Source: Candidatus Nanopelagicales bacterium (lineage in GTDB: Bacteria > Actinomycetota > Actinomycetes > S36-B12). Taken from it: a stretch of DNA of 38,761 bases. Under the pieces are notes generated by a model that was given only the letters and a program-made list of their open reading frames with translations, had not been told where the DNA came from and searched no databases. Each line of letters opens with the position of its first letter. Within the stretch, counting starts at the first letter, position 1. Where the stretch lies: positions 1 to 38,761 of the forward strand of contig JBMOIL010000003.1 in the NCBI GenBank assembly GCA_049317345.1, written 5' to 3'. The position numbers were made by a program, and so were the translations under genes. Shown piece after piece: positions 15,051 to 24,514 of this stretch.

Positions 15051-15920
15051 TCAACCGCGCAGGAGCGCCCGCATGAGCCGAGCTGTCTCACTGGGGGTCT
15101 GACCCACCCGGACGCCAACGGCCTCCAGGGCTTCCTTCTTGGCCGCAGCCGTGCCGGATGAACCGGAGACGATCGCGCCCGCATGGCCCATGGTCTTGCC
15201 CTCCGGCGCAGTGAAGCCTGCGACGTAGCCGACCACGGGCTTGGTGACGTTGTCCGCGATGAAGGCTGCCGCACGCTCTTCGGCGTCACCACCGATCTCA
15301 CCGATCATGACGATCGCCTCAGTCGACGGATCGGACTCGAAGGCCGCCAGGCAGTCGATGTGTGTCGTACCGATGATCGGGTCGCCGCCGATGCCGACGC
15401 ATGTGGAGAAGCCGATGTCGTTGAGCTCGTACATCATTTGGTAGGTCAGCGTGCCAGACTTCGACACGAGACCGATGGGGCCAGGGCCTGTGATGTCCGC
15501 GGGGATGATGCCCGCGTTGGAGACCCCCGGAGAGATAATGCCCGGGCAGTTGGGACCGATGATGCGCGTCGATCCCGCGTTGACGGCGTACTGGAAGAAC
15601 TGCGCCGTGTCGTGGACAGGGATGCCCTCCGTGATGACCACGCACAGGGGGATCTCGGAATCGACCGCCTCTTCGACAGCCGCCTTGGCGAAGCGCGGAG
15701 GCACAAAGACGACGCTGACGTTGGCGCCCGTGGCGACCATAGCTTCGCGGACATCGCCGAAGACCGGGATGCCATCGACCTCCTGGCCGCCCTTGCCGGG
15801 AGTGACCCCTGCGACGACCTGGGCTCCACTCGCCACCATGCGACGCGTGTGCTTGGTGCCCTCTGAGCCGGTCATGCCCTGCACAAGGATGCGGCTGTCG
15901 GCATCGAGCCAGATCGTCAT
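15051..15920 (-). CDS. sucD: Succinyl-CoA synthetase alpha subunit
   Basis: [31 protein letters not shown] and phospho-His motif MGHAGA. ATGA overlap with sucC. Confidence 0.97.
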   Translation of the reverse strand: MTIWLDADSRILVQGMTGSEGTKHTRRMVASGAQVVAGVTPGKGGQEVDGIPVFGDVREAMVATGANVSVVFVPPRFAKAAVEEAVDSEIPLCVVITEGIPVHDTAQFFQYAVNAGSTRIIGPNCPGIISPGVSNAGIIPADITGPGPIGLVSKSGTLTYQMMYELNDIGFSTCVGIGGDPIIGTTHIDCLAAFESDPSTEAIVMIGEIGGDAEERAAAFIADNVTKPVVGYVAGFTAPEGKTMGHAGAIVSGSSGTAAAKKEALEAVGVRVGQTPSETARLMRALLRG

Positions 15921-17095
15921 GCGGCACCTCCGGCCAGTTGCGCGACGCGACGGGCTGCATCGTCCATGGTTTCCACCATTTCCACGAGGGGATGATCGAA
16001 CTCGGTGAGGATCCGCCTGCCCTCGACGGCGTTGTTGCCGTCGATGCGACACACGATCGGCTTAGTCACCGGCGTACCGCGCTCGGCCAGCGCGCCGACA
16101 GCCTGCACGATCCCATTAGCCACCGCGTCACAGGAGGTGATGCCACCGAAGACGTTGACGAAGACGGCGCGCACGTCCGGATCATTGAGCACGATGTCGA
16201 GTCCATTGGACATGACCTCCGCACTCGCACCGCCTCCGATGTCGAGGAAGTTGGCAGGGCGCACGCCCCCGAATTCCTCTCCGGCGTAAGCGACGACATC
16301 GAGGGTGCTCATGACGAGACCCGCACCATTGCCGACGATCCCCACCTCTCCGTCCAACTTGACGTAGTTGAGGTCGAATTCCTTGGCGCGCAATTCGATC
16401 GGGTCCGTGTCTTCCCTGTCGACCAGATCCGTGTGCGAGGCATGGCGGTAGTTGGCGTTGTCGTCGAGAGTGACCTTGCCATCGAGCGCCAGGACACGGC
16501 CGTCGGCCGACAGCACGAGGGGGTTGACCTCGACGAGCGTCGCATCCTCCTTGACCAAGACCTGCCACAGGTCGACGAGCACGCTGATGACCTGTTCGCG
16601 GATGTGCGAGGGGAATCCGGCGCGATCGACGATGCTCGCCGCAACGGTCTCGTCAACCCCATCAATGGCGTCGATGCGCACAAGAGCAAGGGCCTCGGGC
16701 CGGGTCGCTGCCACCTCCTCGATGTCGACTCCGCCCTCGACACTCGCCATCGCGAGGAAGGCGCGATTCGCGCGATCGAGGAGGAAGGAGACGTAGTACT
16801 CCTCGGCGATGTCCGTTGCTTCGGTGACGAGGACGCGGCGGACCACGTGCCCCTTGATGTCGAGGCCGAGGATGTCCTGCGCGCGCGCCTGGGCCTCGTC
16901 AGGCGTGGCAGCGAGTTTGACCCCGCCTGCCTTGCCGCGACCTCCGATCTTGACCTGGGCCTTGACGACGACGGCCGAGCCGATCTTGCGCGCGGCCTCA
17001 TGTGCCGCATCGGGCGTGGCGCACACTTCACCGGCGGTGACCGGGACTCCATGCGCGTCGAAGAGGTGCTTGGCCTGGTACTCGTAAAGGTCCAC
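15917..17095 (-). CDS. sucC: Succinyl-CoA synthetase beta subunit
   Basis: [39 protein letters not shown] and [10 protein letters not shown] motifs. SD GGAGGG. Confidence 0.97.
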   Translation of the reverse strand: MDLYEYQAKHLFDAHGVPVTAGEVCATPDAAHEAARKIGSAVVVKAQVKIGGRGKAGGVKLAATPDEAQARAQDILGLDIKGHVVRRVLVTEATDIAEEYYVSFLLDRANRAFLAMASVEGGVDIEEVAATRPEALALVRIDAIDGVDETVAASIVDRAGFPSHIREQVISVLVDLWQVLVKEDATLVEVNPLVLSADGRVLALDGKVTLDDNANYRHASHTDLVDREDTDPIELRAKEFDLNYVKLDGEVGIVGNGAGLVMSTLDVVAYAGEEFGGVRPANFLDIGGGASAEVMSNGLDIVLNDPDVRAVFVNVFGGITSCDAVANGIVQAVGALAERGTPVTKPIVCRIDGNNAVEGRRILTEFDHPLVEMVETMDDAARRVAQLAGGAA

Positions 17096-17145
17096 GGTTC
17101 CCTCCGGCTATGCCCTGCCGGGCTGCGACGCCGCGAGCCTACTGA

Positions 17146-17544
17146 TCAGGCGCCGTGATCGGGCACGTGGGCACCGACCCACTCCACGATGACAGGAAGC
17201 GGCGTACCCGGCCCGAAGACCTCGGTGACGCCCAGCGCCTTGAGCCCAGCGATGTCCGCCTCCGGGATGATGCCGCCACCGAAGACCAGGATGTCATCGG
17301 CCTGACGATTCCGGAGCTCCTGCATGAGTTCTTCGAAGAGCACCTGATGGGCCCCGGAGAGCACGGAGATCCCGATGGCGTCGGCGTCCTCCTGCACGGC
17401 CGCCTCGGCGATCTGCGCGGGCGTCTGGTGCAGGCCCGTGTAGACGACTTCGAATCCCGCATCGCGCAGTGCTCGTGCCACGACCTTGGCACCGCGGTCG
17501 TGTCCATCGAGACCGGGCTTGGCTACGACGATTCTCGCCGGCAT
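17146..17544 (-). CDS. Stand-alone cobalamin-binding subunit of an acyl-CoA mutase (IcmB / methylmalonyl-CoA mutase small-subunit type)
   Basis: Base-off/His-on motif [11 protein letters not shown], followed by SVLSGAH and GGGIIP. SD GGGAGGG. Confidence 0.92.
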   Translation of the reverse strand: MPARIVVAKPGLDGHDRGAKVVARALRDAGFEVVYTGLHQTPAQIAEAAVQEDADAIGISVLSGAHQVLFEELMQELRNRQADDILVFGGGIIPEADIAGLKALGVTEVFGPGTPLPVIVEWVGAHVPDHGA

Positions 17545-17630
17545 GAACCCTCCCTGGACATGGCGTGGGCGCCGAACGGTCGGATCCCAGCGCTCAGCCG
17601 AACGATACCGGGCGCCCTTCTCGCGTCGGA

Positions 17631-17648
17631 GCGTTGTCGAGACAACGC
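17631..17648. promoter_or_regulatory. Palindrome GCGTTGTC-GA-GACAACGC, candidate operator in a divergent promoter region
   Basis: Perfect 8-bp arms, 14 bp upstream of the TAGCGT -10-like hexamer of the lipase gene. Confidence 0.4.
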
Positions 17649-17662
17649 GGGTGGTCGCGGAC

Positions 17663-17668
17663 TAGCGT
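17663..17668 (+). promoter_or_regulatory. -10 hexamer TAGCGT, leaderless-type promoter of the lipase gene
   Basis: TANNNT 6 nt before GTG 17675. Confidence 0.55.
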
Positions 17669-17674
17669 CATCGA

Positions 17675-18535
17675 GTGCCCCGGATCGCGATGCCCACCGT
17701 GCCGTCCGCGGCCTGGGGCTCAGCGCGCACTCTTCTCTCGCCGACGACCGCACGGGGAGTCGCCGTCGAGGCAGCCTGGATCACCGCCCACCTCGCGATG
17801 TACCCCCTCGGCCTCGTCGAGGAGCAACTGCGACTCCAGCAGGAGCGGCACTCCATCGAGGGACTGCCCCCCGCCCAGCGCGGTCTTCTTGTCGGCGACG
17901 TCGAAGCCGCCGGCACGCCCATCGTGCTGGTCCACGGCATCTTCGACAATCGCTCGATCTTCACGCTCCTGCGACGCGGTCTGCACCGCCGCGGGTTCGG
18001 CTCGACGTACGCCCTCAACTACTCGGCACTCACCGATGACATCCGCGCCGTGGCAGGGAGACTGGGCACCCTCATCGACCAGGTGTGCGAAGAAACCGGG
18101 CATGAGCGCGTCCACGTGATCGGGCACTCCCTCGGCGGCCTCATCGGTCGCTACCTGGTGCAGCGTCTTGGCGGAGATGAGCGGGTGCACACTCTGGTCA
18201 CTCTGGGTAGCCCGCATAGCGGCACTCTCCCGGCGCGCATCGTGCCCCTCGAGACCGCGCGTCAGATGCGGATTGACGGCGACATCATTGCCGAGCTGGC
18301 CGAGCCGGCCCCCGGTTGCCGCACGCGCTTGGTCGCTTTCTGGTCGGATATCGACCAGTTCGTCATCCCCCGATCCCATGCACGCGTCGAGCACCCCGAC
18401 CTCCGAGCGCGGAACGTGCTGGTGCAGGGCGTCGGCCACCTCTCCCTGCCCGTCGACGGTCGGGTGGTCCGGGAGATCGCCACGACGCTGGCCCTCCTGG
18501 ACGAGCCGGAGCAACCCCAGCCGTCCATCTCGTAG
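17675..18535 (+). CDS. Alpha/beta hydrolase (lipase/esterase family)
   Basis: Oxyanion motif VLVHG, nucleophile elbow GHSLGG, TLGSPH, candidate Asp (SDIDQ) and His (VGHL). Confidence 0.9.
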   Translation: MPRIAMPTVPSAAWGSARTLLSPTTARGVAVEAAWITAHLAMYPLGLVEEQLRLQQERHSIEGLPPAQRGLLVGDVEAAGTPIVLVHGIFDNRSIFTLLRRGLHRRGFGSTYALNYSALTDDIRAVAGRLGTLIDQVCEETGHERVHVIGHSLGGLIGRYLVQRLGGDERVHTLVTLGSPHSGTLPARIVPLETARQMRIDGDIIAELAEPAPGCRTRLVAFWSDIDQFVIPRSHARVEHPDLRARNVLVQGVGHLSLPVDGRVVREIATTLALLDEPEQPQPSIS

Positions 18536-18538
18536 CCA

Positions 18539-18554
18539 TGTGACACGCATCACA
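18539..18554. promoter_or_regulatory. Crp/GlxR-type binding site TGTGA-N6-TCACA
   Basis: Sequence TGTGAcacgcaTCACA is a 10/10 consensus match, intergenic, 72 bp upstream of the M23 gene start. Confidence 0.65.
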
Positions 18555-18563
18555 TCAACCGCC

Positions 18564-18596
18564 CCACCAGTCACACCAGTAACACTGGACTGGTGG
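18564..18596 (+). terminator. Stem-loop downstream of the lipase gene (possible terminator or operator)
   Basis: 9-bp arms CCACCAGTC / GACTGGTGG enclosing an inner CAGT-aac-ACTG stem. No U-tract. Confidence 0.4.
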
Positions 18597-18626
18597 TTGG
18601 TGGCCCTGGGCTGGTAAACCGCTCCT

Positions 18627-19385
18627 ATGCGTCGTCTCGTCGTACCGCTCGTCGTGGCGGCCACGCTCGTGATCGCACAGGGTGCCCTCGTGCTGACAGC
18701 CGGGGCTCCCTCCCTCGCGGCTTCCCGCCCGAGCGGCCCGGCTGCCGGAGCGGGCGGAGCGGGCGCGGCCCTCGGCGTGGGCGCCACCGTCGACCTCGCC
18801 ACCGCGGGTCGACTCGACGGGTCCGCGGGGATCGCCCACCTCTCCTCCGTGACCGCGGCACGATCGTTGACCGCGCGCACGACGTCCGAGGCACAACCAG
18901 CAGCGACAGCCGAACGCAAGGCACAGCGCGAAGGTCCGGCGTACAGCTACCCCGTGACCTGGGGCACTCCCCTCAGCGGTGAATTCGGCGAAGTAAGCGC
19001 CTCGTGGCCGCGAGGTCATGCTGGCCTGGACTTCAATGGAGAGACCGGCGACCCGGTCTACGCCGCCACCGATGGCCGCGTGGAGTACGCCGAATTCAAC
19101 TACGGCGGCTACGGCAACCTCGTCATGATCATGCGAGCGGACGGCACCCAGACTCGCTACGGGCACCTCGACAAGATTAAGGTCCGCAAAGGCGAGCGCG
19201 TGAACGCGGGAGATCTCATCGGCCTGATGGGCAATTCCGGCAACTCATCCGGAACCCACCTTCACTTCGAGGTGCGCGTGGGACGTGCGCTCACTCCGAC
19301 CGATCCAGCGGGGCTCTGGACGGGTTCCCGCCCGGGAATCCCTGCCAAGCCACCGGCCTGGGCCTGCCGCAACTTCGGCTGCTGA
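18627..19385 (+). CDS. M23 family metallopeptidase (peptidoglycan hydrolase)
   Basis: HxxxD (HAGLD), YGHL and HxH (HLHFEVR) motifs. N-terminal hydrophobic segment and Ala/Gly-rich linker. Confidence 0.92.
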   Translation: MRRLVVPLVVAATLVIAQGALVLTAGAPSLAASRPSGPAAGAGGAGAALGVGATVDLATAGRLDGSAGIAHLSSVTAARSLTARTTSEAQPAATAERKAQREGPAYSYPVTWGTPLSGEFGEVSASWPRGHAGLDFNGETGDPVYAATDGRVEYAEFNYGGYGNLVMIMRADGTQTRYGHLDKIKVRKGERVNAGDLIGLMGNSGNSSGTHLHFEVRVGRALTPTDPAGLWTGSRPGIPAKPPAWACRNFGC

Positions 19386-19391
19386 CGCCGA

Positions 19392-21602
19392 CTACATCTT
19401 GTCGACGGGCGCATAGCGGAGCAGCAGCCGCTTGGTGCCCACACTTCCGAAATCGATGGTCGCCTCCGCCTTGTCACCCACGCCAGAGGTGCCGGTGACG
19501 GTGCCCATGCCGAAGGTCTTGTGCAGCACTCGGTCGCCCACGGCCAGGCCCACCACGGGGCGCGTGCCCGCTGTCGGCTCCGGGCGCTTCAGGGCACCCG
19601 CCGCGGCCATGGGCCTGGGCGCCGAAGCTGAGGTGGAACCGGACCAGGTGAGGAGCGGCTCGTCGCGTCGACTCTCGACGAGTTCGGGTGGGATCTCGTC
19701 AAGGAATCGCGAGGCCGGGTTGTGCATCGGCGAACCCCATGCCGAACGCGACAGCGCCCTGCTGAGGTAGAGGCGCTCACGCGCGCGCGTGATACCGACG
19801 TAGGCGAGGCGGCGCTCCTCTTCCAACTCTGATTCCGAACCGAGGGATCGGATGTGCGGGAAGACGCCGTCCTCCATGCCGGTGAGGAAGACCACGGGAA
19901 ACTCCAGACCCTTGGCCGTATGCAAGGTCATGAGGGTGACGACGCCCTCCTCGTCGTCGGGAATCTCGTCGGCATCTGCCACGAGCGACACGCGCTCGAG
20001 GAAGCCCGCCAGACTCGGATCCTCCGTGTCTCGCTCGTATTCGGCGCCTACCGACTCAAGCTCAGCAAGATTCTCCACACGTGTCTCATCCTGGGGATCG
20101 TGCGAGGCCTGGAGCTCGGCGAGGTACCCGGTCTGCTCAAGAACGGCCTGGAGAAGGGTGGCGGGACCCGCCCCGGCCTCCTCCAGCGTGCGCAGATCCG
20201 AGAGCAACTGGGCGAACGCAACCACTTGCGCCTGGGAGCGTGACGCAAGCCCCGGGATCTCTGCTGCCCGGTCCAGGGCAGCTCCAAAGGAGATGCGCTC
20301 GCGCTGCGCGAAGCTTTCGATGACCTCCTCAGCCCGGTCTCCGATGCCACGCTTGGGCACATTGAGGATCCGCCGCACGGAAACGTCATCATCGGGATTG
20401 GCGATAGCGCGAAGGTAGGCGACGGCATCGCGGATCTCGCGCCGCTCGTAGAAGCGCACACTGCCGACGACGGTGTAGGGCAGACCCACTCGGACGAAGA
20501 TCTCCTCAAGGGAGCGGGACTGGGCGTTGGTCCGGTAGAACACCGCGACGTCCGCCGGGCGAACCCCAGCGTCGTCGACCAGGGCGTCGATCTCGTCGGC
20601 AACGAAACGCGCCTCGTCATGCTCATCGTCCGCGACGTAAGTCACGATGGGCTTACCGGCTCCCGCATCGGTCCACAGCCTCTTGGCTCGGCGTCCGCCG
20701 TTGCGCGCGATCACGCGATTGGCAGCATCAAGAATGGTCTGCGTCGAGCGGTAGTTCTGCTCCAGCAGCACAGTCTTGGCATCGGGGTAGTCGCGCTCGA
20801 ACTCCTCGATGTTTCGGATGGTCGCCCCACGGAAGGCGTAGATCGACTGGTCGGCGTCACCGACCACGCAGAGTTCGCCCGGAGGGACCCCGCCTGCGCC
20901 GTCGCCGACCAGTTCGCGCACAAGGACGTACTGAGCGTGGTTGGTGTCCTGGTATTCATCTACGAGGATGTGACGAAAGCGGCGACGATAGTGCTCGGCC
21001 ACATCCGGGAAGAGTTGAAGCAGCGCCACTGTCGAGCCGATGAGATCGTCGAAGTCGAAGGCGTTTGCCCGGCGGAGCCGGCGCTGGTACTCCGCATACG
21101 CCTCCGCAAGGATCCGATCCGCGGGGGTCTCAGCCCGACGAGCGAAGGTTTCCTCGTCGATGAGTTCGTTCTTCAGGTGCGAGACCCGCGACGAGAGGCC
21201 GCGCGGAGGGTTGCGCTTGGGGTCGAGATCGAGATCCTTGACGACCATCGACATCAGCCGCTGCGAGTCGGCGGCGTCGTAGATCGAGAAGTTGGTAGAG
21301 ATGCCGAGCCGTCCCGCCTCTCGGCGCAGAATGCGCACGCACGCGGAGTGGAAGGTCATGACCCACATGGCCCGAGAGGCCGGACCGACGAGGGCTGCGA
21401 CACGCTCCTGCATCTCGCGGGCGGCCTTGTTGGTGAAGGTGATCGCGAGGATCTCAGAGGGCCGCACACCCTCATTACGAATGAGGTGAGCAATGCGCTG
21501 GGTGAGGACGCGTGTCTTGCCCGAACCGGCTCCCGCAACGATGAGTAGCGGACTGCCGCGATGACTCGCGGCCTCCTGCTGGGCGGGATTCAGATCGGGC
21601 AC
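19392..21602 (-). CDS. pcrA: ATP-dependent DNA helicase PcrA/UvrD1
   Basis: AGAGSGKT, TFTNKAA, DEYQDTN, GDADQSIY, LEQNYRS, TLHTAKGLEF and EERRLAYVGITRA motifs plus C-terminal Tudor-like tail. Confidence 0.97.
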   Translation of the reverse strand: MPDLNPAQQEAASHRGSPLLIVAGAGSGKTRVLTQRIAHLIRNEGVRPSEILAITFTNKAAREMQERVAALVGPASRAMWVMTFHSACVRILRREAGRLGISTNFSIYDAADSQRLMSMVVKDLDLDPKRNPPRGLSSRVSHLKNELIDEETFARRAETPADRILAEAYAEYQRRLRRANAFDFDDLIGSTVALLQLFPDVAEHYRRRFRHILVDEYQDTNHAQYVLVRELVGDGAGGVPPGELCVVGDADQSIYAFRGATIRNIEEFERDYPDAKTVLLEQNYRSTQTILDAANRVIARNGGRRAKRLWTDAGAGKPIVTYVADDEHDEARFVADEIDALVDDAGVRPADVAVFYRTNAQSRSLEEIFVRVGLPYTVVGSVRFYERREIRDAVAYLRAIANPDDDVSVRRILNVPKRGIGDRAEEVIESFAQRERISFGAALDRAAEIPGLASRSQAQVVAFAQLLSDLRTLEEAGAGPATLLQAVLEQTGYLAELQASHDPQDETRVENLAELESVGAEYERDTEDPSLAGFLERVSLVADADEIPDDEEGVVTLMTLHTAKGLEFPVVFLTGMEDGVFPHIRSLGSESELEEERRLAYVGITRARERLYLSRALSRSAWGSPMHNPASRFLDEIPPELVESRRDEPLLTWSGSTSASAPRPMAAAGALKRPEPTAGTRPVVGLAVGDRVLHKTFGMGTVTGTSGVGDKAEATIDFGSVGTKRLLLRYAPVDKM

Positions 21603-21609
21603 GGAGCCG

Positions 21610-21615
21610 ATCGTA
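21610..21615 (-). promoter_or_regulatory. -10 hexamer TACGAT, leaderless-type promoter of pcrA
   Basis: TANNNT 7 nt before GTG 21602, with no SD. Confidence 0.6.
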
Positions 21616-21640
21616 CGTCGTGCCTGAGACAGCGCCTGCG

Positions 21641-23584
21641 CTAGCGCAAGTAGGCGACCACGTGCGCCGTCACATCGAGGTCGCCCACGACGTTGCGGCG
21701 CAGCGTGCCCTTGCTGTCGAGCGGGACGACGTACAGTCCGGTGACCTTGGTACGCCGGGGCAGGACCATCGAGGGCACGGTGGGTTCGGCGAGGGAGTAG
21801 AAGGTGACCTCCCCGCCCTTGACCCCGGACGCGGTGACCCGCAGCACGGCAGCGGTCGCGCCGAAGGCGCTTTCCGCGGTGCGCTCCGCGAACGTGTCGG
21901 CTGTCACGGCACCGTCGCTGTCCGGCGTCGGCACCATATCGGTCAGCGTGGCGCGGGCGCGGCGTACCTCGACCGGTGTCACGGGGATGAGCAGCGCACC
22001 CAGCTCGGGGGTGCGCACCGCTGACGCCTGGACGGCGAGGGTGAGGTCGACCACACCCTTGCCCGTATTGACGACGGTGACACGACCCTCGGGGTCAAGC
22101 GCAGCGATCACCGGGACGGAGATGGGCGCCGCACGCTGGTAAGCAATGGACGCGGCGGCCGGCGACTGCTTATCGCCTGTGCGGCGCAGAAGGAGTCGGC
22201 CACCCTTGTCAGCACCAGAGAGTCCCACGGTGAGCAAGGCGCCTGCCGGGGGGCCATCCGCAGTGGCGCCTACAGCAACGTCTACGACGCGCTTCTCGCC
22301 GGGCTGGAGCGGCTGGTTAATGAGCTTGGTGTCGTAGACGACCTGATTGGCATGTGCCAGGAGCCGGCCTTCCGTCGGTGCGCCAGATCCGGGCGTGACG
22401 AAGTAGCCGAGCAGGTCAACCGTGACGTGAGTGGCTCCGGAGTCGGTCGTCAACGCGATGGTGCCGTCGCTTCCGACCGGCACGATGGAGACGAGCTCTC
22501 GCTTGCTGTTGACCACGACACTGGAGAGGACGCCCGTTGCTGCAGAGCGCAGGGTCGCGGGTGAGTTAGAGCCGAAGGTGGTCACGCGGACGGCTGCCGC
22601 CTTGACCCGCTCCCCCGGAGAGTCCTTGCGCCCAGCCAGGTCGATCACGAGGGGAGATCCCGCGCCGCCGCTGGAGCGGGCTGCGAGACGGCAGGACTTG
22701 CCCCCGTTGCCGTAGCCGCTGCGCGTATCCAGCAGGCGCTGCGCCGCCACGGGGACGAAGTCGAGACCATCACCCGGGTCAGCGGGACTGGTCGAGGGAG
22801 TGCGCGAGGCCGTGCAGAAGGGGGCCGGGGTTGGATCTCCACCCCAGAAGCTGGTCTGGCCCGCGGCACCGTCCCAGGAGAACGAGATGTGGATGTGGTC
22901 GCGATGGCAGTACGTGTCGTAACTGCTTTGGGGAGTGCCGTAGCAGCCCTTGAGCTCGGTCCACCTCTGCGTGTAGGACTCCCAGATCTCATCGCCCCAG
23001 CCGATGTACATGACGCCGAGGCGGCGCGCCATGGCGAATTCATTGCCGTTGTCGTCAGTGGCGAGGAGCCACTGCAAGAACGACTCAGCCTGAGCGTTCT
23101 GCTCCGGGATCTTGGAGTTGATCATCCAGTCGAGGGCGCGACCCTCCTTGTGTTCGCTGCGGCCACCCTGGTTGCACTCGCGTGGCGCCCAGATGTCGCT
23201 GGAGTCCTTGTACGTGGCTCGGATGAGGTCGGTGACTCTCTGGGTGCCCGGCTTAGCGGCCGGGTCGCAGATGTACTGGCCCTGGTAGGTGGGCAGGGGG
23301 TCGACCTCTGCCGGGAGGCCCGACGGCACCGCGGGAGGAGGAGGGAGAGGGACCTCCTCTTTGCCCTTCTGGTCCTTCTTGTCCTTCTTGGCGTCAGCCT
23401 TCTGCTGGGCCGCCGCACCCGCATCTCCGCGGATGGGCGCCCCAGAGGGACCCTCGGAAACGGCGTGGTCAGGCACATGGTCTGCCTCGCCGATCGGAGA
23501 CGATGCCGCTGGCTGGGCGATGAGCAGGAAGCCGGCCACGAGGGCCACGCAGGCACTCAGGACCGACGCCCGCACTCGGGTCAC
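21641..23584 (-). CDS. Secreted protein with an M15/Hedgehog-DD-peptidase-like Zn domain and three C-terminal repeats
   Basis: GTG start at 23584 follows AAGGGA and precedes a signal peptide. SEHKEGRALD (SxHxxGxAxD) and HRDHIHIS motifs. Repeats begin FVPVAAQRLLDTR, LLAHANQVVYDTK and LIPVTPVEVRR. Confidence 0.7.
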   Translation of the reverse strand: MTRVRASVLSACVALVAGFLLIAQPAASSPIGEADHVPDHAVSEGPSGAPIRGDAGAAAQQKADAKKDKKDQKGKEEVPLPPPPAVPSGLPAEVDPLPTYQGQYICDPAAKPGTQRVTDLIRATYKDSSDIWAPRECNQGGRSEHKEGRALDWMINSKIPEQNAQAESFLQWLLATDDNGNEFAMARRLGVMYIGWGDEIWESYTQRWTELKGCYGTPQSSYDTYCHRDHIHISFSWDGAAGQTSFWGGDPTPAPFCTASRTPSTSPADPGDGLDFVPVAAQRLLDTRSGYGNGGKSCRLAARSSGGAGSPLVIDLAGRKDSPGERVKAAAVRVTTFGSNSPATLRSAATGVLSSVVVNSKRELVSIVPVGSDGTIALTTDSGATHVTVDLLGYFVTPGSGAPTEGRLLAHANQVVYDTKLINQPLQPGEKRVVDVAVGATADGPPAGALLTVGLSGADKGGRLLLRRTGDKQSPAAASIAYQRAAPISVPVIAALDPEGRVTVVNTGKGVVDLTLAVQASAVRTPELGALLIPVTPVEVRRARATLTDMVPTPDSDGAVTADTFAERTAESAFGATAAVLRVTASGVKGGEVTFYSLAEPTVPSMVLPRRTKVTGLYVVPLDSKGTLRRNVVGDLDVTAHVVAYLR

Positions 23585-23784
23585 CGGTCCCTTAGGATCT
23601 GCCCCGGAAGGGCCACCACGGGCACGCACGCCATCCAAGGTAACCCCTGCCGGCCCGGGAGCCTCGCTCGTCACGCGCGTTTCCCCGGAAAGTCCCCAGA
23701 TCGTCACCTTGGCCTCCGCACGAGGCACAGAACGCGGCCTGAGGAACGTTTGCCCACGTCATCCCCCCAAATCGTTGAGGAGCC

Positions 23785-24513
23785 ATGTCCACAGAACATC
23801 TGGAGGACGTCCCCGCCCGAGCCCTCGTGGTCACCGCCCACCCCGATGACGTCGACTTCGGCGCGGCGGGCACGGTGGCGTCATGGATCGCCCAGGGGAC
23901 CCGGGTGACCTACTGCATCGTCACCGACGGCGACGCGGGCGGATTCGACCCGGCCGTGGCGCGTTCGGAGATCCCGCGCATACGACGTAGCGAGCAGGTG
24001 GAGGCCGGCCGGATCCTGGGGGTCGAAGACGTCCGCTTCCTCGGCTACCGCGATGGAGAACTCGAGGTAACCCACGGCCTGCGGCGCGACATCAGCCGGG
24101 TGATTCGCCAGGTGCGACCCGAGCGCATGCTCATCCAGTCACCTGAGCGCAACTGGTCGCGCATCTCCGCCTCACACCCGGACCATATGGCCGCCGGAGA
24201 AGCCGCGATCTTCGCGATCTATCCCGACGCACGCAATCCCTTCGCGCATCCGATCCTCCTTGCCGACGAGGGGCTCGACGCCTGGACGGTGCACGACGTG
24301 TGGGTCATGGGAGCACCCGAGCCCAATCACATCGTCGACGTGACCGATCAGCTGGACCTCAAGCTTGCGGCACTGCGTGCCCATGAGAGCCAGACGTCAC
24401 ATATGGATGATCTCGAAGAGCGCATTCGCGGCTGGATGACGATGGCGGCAGTGCGCGGCGGACTCCCTGATGGTCGCCTCGCTGAAGCCTTCCTGCGCAC
24501 GACGATCCCGTAG
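23785..24513 (+). CDS. PIG-L / LmbE family deacetylase
   Basis: AHPDD, TDGDAG, R..E and HPDH motifs, plus AHESQ. SD GAGGAG. Confidence 0.92.
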   Translation: MSTEHLEDVPARALVVTAHPDDVDFGAAGTVASWIAQGTRVTYCIVTDGDAGGFDPAVARSEIPRIRRSEQVEAGRILGVEDVRFLGYRDGELEVTHGLRRDISRVIRQVRPERMLIQSPERNWSRISASHPDHMAAGEAAIFAIYPDARNPFAHPILLADEGLDAWTVHDVWVMGAPEPNHIVDVTDQLDLKLAALRAHESQTSHMDDLEERIRGWMTMAAVRGGLPDGRLAEAFLRTTIP

Positions 24514-24514
24514 G

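Noticed and set aside
23585-23784. c-di-AMP (ydaO) riboswitch upstream of the M15-like gene
   Set aside because: I could not find the conserved GCUGAAUC, GGGGAACC and CCCGUCAGCUAAC-type elements on the minus strand. An Rfam scan would settle it.
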